A DNA stretch of 62,915 nucleotides, filler included, from Octopus bimaculoides (Eukaryota), in NCBI RefSeq assembly GCF_001194135.2. It is 3 parts of 3 records of this genome, joined end to end, with 100 filler letters (N's around TTAATTAATTAA, not from the genome) between each part and the next. Parts side by side here need not be neighbours in the genome. Positions count along the whole stretch, not along the records: positions 52,615 to 62,915 come from NC_069002.1; 2 more parts are not named here. One strand, given 5' to 3'. The translations under genes and the position numbers were made by a program. The notes beneath the pieces were generated by a model. It made no database searches, had not been told where the DNA came from, and saw only the letters and a program-made list of their open reading frames with translations. Positions 54,621-62,915 of this stretch are shown piece by piece. Each line of letters starts with the position of its first letter. Positions within the stretch are counted from its first letter, which is position 1.

Positions 54621-55299
54621 ATTAAAAAAAATTCCATAAACTAAAAAAATCTATACAAAAAGTTACCCTAGTAAAATGTTCCAGATATATCTGAATAACT
54701 GGATGCTTTTTGTATGTTTTTAGGTTCGGCAATTATTAAAGAACGTTATTTTTACAATTTGTGTTTATGGAGAAGAAACAATCAGAATTATTCTATAAAC
54801 TTAAATTTTTTAGTACTGACCTTTTTCTATATTTTTTCTAGCTGAACTTTTTCTTCGCTTCGATATTGATTTTAATCTTTAAATATATCTCCTATAATAT
54901 ATTTTACAGTATTTTTATACATTTCTTACAATACATCTTAGAGTATTTGTATATATTTCTTGCAATATGTTTTAGATTATTTTTTATATATTTTTATATA
55001 TTTTACAGTTTTTATGTATATTTTACTGTATTTTATATATCATAATTACGCTCTTTTTGAATATTTTACTTTAAACCTTCTACTTTAACAATTTTCTCAA
55101 GTTCTATATTTGCATCATATCTTCTAACTTTGGTCCCTTACGTTCGTTAGAACTGAAAACTATCTTACTTATTACCTCTACTGTCAGTTCCTTTACAGCT
55201 CAATCTCACTGGATCCTATATATTTCTATTGGACTTTTGAGGCAATCACTATAGTGTATAATAAGTCTTAAAGACACATGCAATAATGTATGTGTATAT

Positions 55300-55344
<45 letters not shown>

Positions 55345-55738
55345 GGCGCAGGAGTGGCTGTGTGGAAAGTAGCTTGTTTACCAGCCACATGGTTCAGGGT
55401 TTAGTCCCACTGCGTGGCATCTTGGGCCGACCAAAGCCTTGTGAGTGGATTTGGTAGACGGAAACTGAAAGAAGCCCGTCATATATATGTATATATATGT
55501 ATATGTGTGTGTATATGTTTGTGTGTCTGTGTTTGTCCCCCTAGCATTGCTTGACAACCGATGCTGGTGTGTTTATGTCCCCGTCACTAAGCGGTTCGGC
55601 AAAAGGGACCGATAGAATAAGTACTAGGCTTACAAAGAATAAGTCCTGGTGTCGATTTGCTCGACTAAAGGTGGTGCTCCAGCATGGCCGCAGTCAAATG
55701 GCTGAAACAAGTAACAGAGTAAAAGACAGTAAAGAGAG
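55345..55738 (+). mobile_element. tRNA-derived SINE family B inserted at (TA)n
   Basis: GGCGCAGGAGTGGCTGTGTGG head and internal (TA/TG)n. Has a small deletion relative to 39720-40102. Confidence 0.95.
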
Positions 55739-55973
55739 TATATCGCAAAACAGAAAATGGAGGGGATACAAAACTGATATCCATCAGCCGGTAGACGTTC
55801 TATTATGTCCATTTATTCTAAAGCATTAGAAAGTATTATAAGACTACATACACATGCAAAGACTGTGTTACAAGCATATGTACTTGTAATACATAAGCGA
55901 GCAAAAAATCAGCAGTATATTGGATAGGGACTATCCCATAGTTGGTTGACTTACCAACCTCTCACTCTCACTG

Positions 55974-56025
<52 letters not shown>

Positions 56026-56074
56026 GTATGCAGTAAATTACAGCGATTTACACCAACGAAAGATCACTGAACTC

Positions 56075-56240
56075 AACACGTTTTTTTCATTTTCTCTCTA
56101 TTTTCTCTTATTCCTTTCTGTCGAAGAGAGTAGGATCGAAACGTAAAAGACTTTTACACTTTCCCGAGCGTCAAACTAATACACTTGCTTGTTCTTCGTA
56201 CACCTGTCTTCGTGTTTTGTTTTTCTATAAATTTGAACTA
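56075..56240 (+). mobile_element. Hammerhead-bearing family H, copy 2
   Basis: Motif CUUU CUGUCGA A GAGA-GUAG-GAUC GAAAC GUA AAAG at 56114-56149, followed by the family tail. Confidence 0.85.
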
Positions 56241-56345
56241 TGTGCAGTAAAAACTAGTTGCCAGTCCTAGGCAGGACGATGTTATTACTTTTTATCCCCA
56301 AGAAAACTTCTTTTCCAGCTGGCTACCAACACATAACTTAACTTG

Positions 56346-56389
<44 letters not shown>

Positions 56390-56489
56390 NNNNNNNNNNN
56401 NNNNNNNNNNNNNNNNNNNNNNNNNNNNNNNNNNNNNNNNNNNNNNNNNNNNNNNNNNNNNNNNNNNNNNNNNNNNNNNNNNNNNNNNN

Positions 56490-56531
<42 letters not shown>

Positions 56532-56764
56532 ACGTCATTTGTGTGTGTGTATACGTATGTATGTACTTATATCTTATATATGGATTGATACTATATACCC
56601 ACACACACACAGGTGCGCAGACACAAAGACATACACACACACACATACATATCTATGTGTGTATATAATAAATGGATAAATAGATAGATAGAAAGTGGTA
56701 GAGAAAGACAAAGCGAGAGGGAGAGAGAGTGAGAGAGAGAGAAAAAAGAGAGAGTGCGAAAGCA

Positions 56765-56803
<39 letters not shown>

Positions 56804-57898
56804 AAGAGAGTTGGCTACCTTCATATTGATCTACTACTGACGCTGCTACCCATCTTTAAACATGGACCGTCTGATAGAACAACCGGAAATTTGATTGATG
56901 CTGGAGTAGATTCTACTCCTTCGAGGATGATACTGTATCGACTGGAATATACATCATTTGAGGAAATTAATGAGGTCTTAGTTTTATATTACCACACCTG
57001 GATAAAAGCAGACGTTTTAAAATATTGGTCTTTCAATAACTCATGCGGATTAAATATAAAAACAGTTAATTATAGAGCTAGATGCATAACTTAGTTAGTT
57101 AGTTGCTAGCATGATATCAATTTAGTAATCAATATGGCGGTTTGTGTTGTATGAGAGTAGAAAATGATTAATGTTTTAATCGTCTGCTAATAATGAATTT
57201 TTAAGATTTCATCTTTTGTTGGTAATCTTTTCTGCTTATTTTCCTTTTGAAATTTAAAAAGTAATTTTTATTCTCGAGAAAAAAAAATGTTCTCTATTGC
57301 ATTCGATTTTAATTTAGAAATTGATACTTCTAGTTAAATATCGATAGAAAAGTAAACGTACAGGCTCTTTTTTTTTAGTTAAATATTGAAAGTAAAATAT
57401 TTACAGGGTACATAATATAAATTGGAAGCTATATTTAGATGTAATACACGATTACACAAACGGTATATCGAATGAAGCACACAAGGTTNNNNNNNNNNNN
57501 NNNNNNNNNNNNNNNNNNNNNNNNNNNNNNNNNNNNNNNNNNNNNNNNNNNNNNNNNNNNNNNNNNNNNNNNNNNNNNNNNNNNNNNNNNNNNNNNNNNN
57601 NNNNNNNNNNNNNNNNNNNNNNNNNNNNNNNNNNNNNNNNNNNNNNNNNNNNNNNNNNNNNNNNNNNNNNNNNNNNNNNNNNNNNNNNNNNNNNNNNNNN
57701 NNNNNNNNNNNNNNNNNNNNNNNNNNNNNNNNNNNNNNNNNNNNNNNNNNNNNNNNNNNNNNNNNNNNNNATATATATATATATATATATATAAATATAT
57801 AAAAGCTTATTTTGATTTTAATCACCTTATTTTGAAACTGTATGGATAATGTCATACTTAATTCTGGTGCCTAAACTTAAGTACCATATCCACCTTGA

Positions 57899-57939
<41 letters not shown>

Positions 57940-57940
57940 C

Positions 57941-57980
<40 letters not shown>

Positions 57981-58030
57981 ATATATATATATATATACAT
58001 ATATACATATATGCATATATATATACACAC
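57899..58030. repeat. (TCTA)n-(TA)n microsatellite
   Basis: Read directly. Confidence 0.95.
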
Positions 58031-60869
58031 ACGCTTATGTATATGTATACATAAACACACACATGTGCTAATTCACACACATCTTACCTGTGCTGTATGG
58101 ATATGTGATGTGGTTTTAGAGTCAGTTTTGACTGCTATTTCTAGCATGGTGGTACCTCCCCAGTACCCTTAATTATAATTATATTTATATAATTATATAT
58201 TTATAGTAATTATTACCTATACAGTTTTTTCCCATGCTGGCTACTTGATATGATCGTTGTTTTAAATAATGGTCTTAGTTGGTGCTGAGCAGGCGAACAT
58301 TCCCCCTGATTGGAAGGATATTCCGACGCAGAGATACCAAATTACAACTGAGTGGATGGGAGCATCGTGAAATGAGGGGTTTTGCCGAAGAAGACAAAGA
58401 AAACCGTCTGGTGCAATACTTTGCACACTAGGTCATGCGCCTTCGCACGCACGCACGCACGCACACTCACTCTCTTTCTCTCTCTTTCTCAGACACACGT
58501 ATATATATATATATATATATATATNNNNNNNNNNNNNNNNNNNNNNNNNNNNNNNNNNNNNNNNNNNNNNNNNNNNNNNNNNNNNNNNNNNNNNNNNNNN
58601 NNNNNNNNNNNNNNNNNNNNNNNNNNNNNNNNNNNNNNNNNNNNNNNNNNNNNNNNNNNNNNNNNNNNNNNNNNNNNNNNNNNNNNNNNNNNNNNNNNNN
58701 NNNNNNNNNNNNNNNNNNNNNNNNNNNNNNNNNNNNNNNNNNNNNNNNNNNNNNNNNNNNNNNNNNNNNNNNNNNNNNNNNNNNNNNNNNNNNNNNNNNN
58801 NNNNNNNNNNNNNNNNNNNNNNNNNNNNNNNNNNNNNNNNNNNNNNNNNNNNNNNNNNNNNNNNNNNNNNNNNNNNNNNNNNNNNNNNNNNNNNNNNNNN
58901 NNNNNNNNNNNNNNNNNNNNNNNNNNNNNNNNNNNNNNNNNNNNNNNNNNNNNNNNNNNNNNNNNNNNNNNNNNNNNNNNNNNNNNNNNNNNNNNNNNNN
59001 NNNNNNNNNNNNNNNNNNNNNNNNNNNNNNNNNNNNNNNNNNNNNNNNNNNNNNNNNNNNNNNNNNNNNNNNNNNNNNNNNNNNNNNNNNNNNNNNNNNN
59101 NNNNNNNNNNNNNNNNNNNNNNNNNNNNNNTATATATATATATATATAGCAATAAGAAAATGGAAGGGGAATATGAGGTACTCATCAACTTGCAGACAAA
59201 GTATTCCGTTGGTTAATCTGTTTATTTTATAACCAAAATGACAAAAAACAAAACAAAACAAAACAAAAAACACAATATACAGACACTTATGACATACCAT
59301 GTCATATCAACAATTAAGATTTCAAATTTAAAGGACATTTGGCAATTGGCGAAGGGACATATATATATATATATGTTTGTGTGCATATGTACATGCATAC
59401 GTACATATGTACGTATATATATTGATGATTCTAAAATATTGTTATATTGAAACATATGTAGAATATCTTTTTGGATATTTTTGAGTTATTTTGTTGATAC
59501 GGTTCCTTTTATACATGTTCCGGTTACTTTTATACTTATACTTATAGGTATATCTTTTAATCTTTTAATTTTAATTTGCATTACTTTTCTAATTGTAATA
59601 CAAATGAAATGAACCAAGCATCTTTTTAATTTTTATTCTCCATTTTATTGCATTTTTAATTAATTTATATGTATGTATATACAAGTCTTTTGAGAGGGCG
59701 CTCTAGATGTAAACGCGTGTCACTGTTACACAATCGGCATCTTTTGTTTCCAATCTTCAGCGAAAAGAAACCGGCTATGGTGGTGGTGGTGGGGCTAATG
59801 TTACCTTACTTGGGAAACAGATGTTGGTTGGCTGCAGGAAGATCATCCGACCGTAAAAAAATCTACTTCAACAAATTCACTCCAACCCATACGAGCGTCT
59901 AAAAGAGAACGTTAAAACGAAGACGAAATCAACGACGACGACAATAATGATGATGATGATGGTGACGATGATGATGANNNNNNNNNNNNNNNNNNNNNNN
60001 NNNNNNNNNNNNNNNNNNNNNNNNNNNNNNNNNNNNNNNNNNNNNNNNNNNNNNNNNNNNNNNNNNNNNNNNNNNNNNNNNNNNNNNNNNNNNNNNNNNN
60101 NNNNNNNNNNNNNNNNNNNNNNNNNNNNNNNNNNNNNNNNNNNNNNNNNNNNNNNNNNNNNNNNNNNNNNNNNNNNNNNNNNNNNNNNNNNNNNNNNNNN
60201 NNNNNNNNNNNNNNNNNNNNNNNNNNNNNNNNNNNNNNNNNNNNNNNNNNNNNNNNNNNNNNNNNNNNNNNNNNNNNNNNNNNNNNNNNNNNNNNNNNNN
60301 NNNNNNNNNNNNNNNNNNNNNNNNNNNNNNNNNNNNNNNNNNNNNNNNNNNNNNNNNNNNNNNNNNNNNNNNNNNNNNNNNNNNNNNNNNNNNNNNNNNN
60401 NNNNNNNNNNNNNNNNNNNNNNNNNNNNNNNNNNNNNNNNNNNNNNNNNNNNNNNNNNNNNNNNNNNNNNNNNNNNNNNNNNNNNNNNNNNNNNNNNNNN
60501 NNNNNNNNNNNNNNNNNNNNNNNNNNNNNNNNNNNNNNNNNNNNNNNNNNNNNNNNNNNNNNNNNNNNNNNNNNNNNNNNNNNNNNNNNNNNNNNNNNNN
60601 NNNNNNNNNNNNNNNNNNNNNNNNNNNNNNNNNNNNNNNNNNNNNNNNNNNNNNNNNNNTATATATATATAAAGTAAATTCAGTCGCTACATCAAAGTGG
60701 CTGTTCCAGGTTATTGCTAGTTTACCCCCAGGCAGATCTTCCGCCAGTTGGTTATCGGTGCAATACCGCACCCTTTATACACAACATCAATTGCTAGCAG
60801 GGGGAGCGAACTCCTAAGAACCAAGAGAAAGAGCTAAAATTCGATGTCGTGTGTGTGTGTGTGTGTGTG

Positions 60870-61077
60870 TGAGACCGCGTGTGTATCGTTGGTGATTTTC
60901 TTTCTCCGTCTTTCCTTCTTTGGACTTTTTCTATAATTTCTGATGAAGAGCTCCGCTCGAAACGCGAAACCCTCTTTTCTCTCCTTTCCTGAGCGTCCAG
61001 TAACACTGTACTCATTCTACGTCCTCGCGTTGTTGTTTTTTCGTGTTTTTTCTTGCTTGTTCATGTTTGGATTGACT

Positions 61078-61080
<3 letters not shown>
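60870..61080 (+). mobile_element. Hammerhead-bearing element related to family H (canonical CUGAUGA subtype)
   Basis: AUUU CUGAUGA A GAGC-UCC-GCUC GAAAC GCG AAAC at 60936-60970. Shares TTTCC.GAGCGTC.A.TAA.AC with family H and ends at (TA)n. Confidence 0.7.
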
Positions 61081-61135
<55 letters not shown>

Positions 61136-61139
<4 letters not shown>

Positions 61140-61325
61140 TAGTTAAAATTTACAAAAAACAAAAGACTAAGACAAGTGAAGGAACAACAAGTAGGTGTAT
61201 TAGGTTATGGCTCGAGAAGAATGGAAAAGCCTTTGACGTTTCAAGCCTACGCTCTTCGACAGAATGGATTAAGAGGAAAAAAAAAACGGAGAGAAAGTAA
61301 GAAAAATGGAAAGAGAAAAAAGATG
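61136..61325 (-). mobile_element. Hammerhead-bearing family H, copy 3
   Basis: Motif CAUU CUGUCGA A GAGC-GUAG-GCUU GAAAC GUC AAAG at 61266->61231. The tail abuts (TA)n. Confidence 0.85.
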
Positions 61326-61624
61326 CAATCATAAAAGATTGCACCATAATATGAAATACACCATCATTAGGTAAATCTTTTAATACCCTGGTGTGACGTG
61401 TCTATACACGCCACACCAAAGACCCACTGGTGAGTCGGATCTAAGGTTATAAATTGGATTCACTACTTGCATACAAACAGTAGTCTGTTAAACACCTGAT
61501 GTCTTCACTGTTGTTCATTTTACTGTAGGCTCTCTATGTGATCATACCTAGCCATTTCTGGCGCCCTACTGATGAATGTACCTTGATTCTTTAGAGTCCT
61601 CGTCACAAAATCATATTTATGATT

Positions 61625-61662
61625 TATGTATGTATGTATGTATGTATATATGTATATTTATA

Positions 61663-61706
<44 letters not shown>

Positions 61707-61707
61707 C

Positions 61708-61751
<44 letters not shown>

Positions 61752-61752
61752 A
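61625..61752. repeat. (ATGT)n-(TCTG)n-(TCTA)n compound microsatellite
   Basis: Read directly. Confidence 0.95.
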
Positions 61753-62568
61753 TACATGGAAACTGTCATGATATTAGCTTTTACTTTCAATTCAAAATTG
61801 GTTTCTCTAATAATTTTATTACATATATATAACGTGTATCCTGAAGTTATTATAGTTTCCGCATTTAAAACACTGACTGAGTTTTTGTTCTTATCTATTA
61901 AACCAATTTCGCTGTTTCTGTCGAATACTTTCCATTTAAAACTTGATGAAATATCAATTTTAATTTCTAGAAAAATTGATTTTCTTGGCATTTGAAGCAA
62001 TGTTATTTAGTCTCAAAGGTATTTAACAAAATATAAAATAATATATTCTAACTTTGGTGTTAGTTTAATTTATGGTTTAACTCATAAGCTAAGAAGTGTA
62101 ATGAAAGGGAAATGAAAAGAAAATCATAAAATTGAGAAAAGGGAAGAAATGATGGCTAAGTGGTATTTCTGTAGATATAAACCATTAAGTCCAAAACGTA
62201 AAACACGACCGTGCTAGATTGAAACTCGTAAAACGAAATAGCTGTGTAATACATATTCAACTTGATAAATGGCAAAACAAATGAATATTTCAACCAGGAA
62301 AGGCTGGGCATCTCTATTTAACAAGGCTCTTTGTGGCTTTTAGTATATTCATATGATATATAACATATAATATATATCTTACACCTAATAAAATGCAAGC
62401 TGTGTCTTGTCAGCCATGTTCATAAAAGAAGAGAAAAATAACAAACGAAGTGAGACCGAGTGACGGGGAGAAACGTTGGTATTTTAATCAAAATAAAACT
62501 GCAAATTTTTATCATAAATTGTACTTCGATTATCAGTTTCACACATATAAATAGGAGATTAAATATTA

Positions 62569-62778
62569 TTTTCTACTCTAGGCACAAGGTTCAAAATTTT
62601 GAGTGAGGGGGCTAGTCGATTAGATCGACCCCGGTACGCAGGTGGTATTTAATTTATCGACTCCGAAAGGATGAAAGGCAAAGTCGACCTCAGCGGAATT
62701 TGAACTCAGAACGTAAAGACAGACAAAATACCGCCAAGCCCGGCTTGCTTACGTCCCTTTGACCAGCGTGCTTGTAAT
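62569..62778 (-). mobile_element. SINE family A, full length with small insertion in head
   Basis: ..TCTGCCAGCTCGCTGCC head and GGATGAAAGGCAAAGTCGACCTCAGCGGAATTTGAACTCAGAACG body. Confidence 0.92.
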
Positions 62779-62915
62779 TCTGCCAGCTCGCTGCCTTCAT
62801 GAAATTAAATATTACACTTCTTTCTTTTTGAAGATATTATCGTTCACATAGCATATATTTATTCATATATGTATGACTATATGCGTATGTCTATGCATGC
62901 ATGTATGTATGTATG

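Noticed and set aside
56810-57094. ~95-codon open frame after a (GA)n tract
   Set aside because: No credible start or splice sites and no recognisable domain.

Overview
AT-rich, gappy eukaryotic DNA dominated by microsatellites and interspersed repeats. I could not identify any host protein-coding gene, and the long ORFs in the track are microsatellite or N-gap artefacts. The SINE families and the microsatellite density resemble an octopus (coleoid cephalopod) genome; this is inferred from recalled consensus sequences and was not verified by search. Supported content: (1) about 17 copies or fragments of three tRNA-derived SINE families; (2) decayed LINEs, namely an APE/ORF1 fragment of the CR1/L2 group, CR1-group 3' ends and two RTE-type fragments; (3) two Penelope-like element (PLE) fragments with GIY-YIG remnants; (4) two Tc1/mariner derivatives, a hAT MITE and two unclassified foldback MITEs; (5) two synthetic 100-bp scaffold-join linkers. 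The most interesting signal is a set of six minimal type I hammerhead-ribozyme-like motifs, plus two weaker candidates. They lie in short non-coding elements next to (TA)n-type microsatellites. Three copies share a non-canonical CUG-U-Y-GA core, one sits downstream of a tRNA-like Pol III head inside an inverted repeat, and one with a compensatory U3-A8 core terminates a PLE. Together they suggest a PLE-mobilised, retrozyme-like family of non-autonomous elements. Ribozyme activity and novelty are untested.
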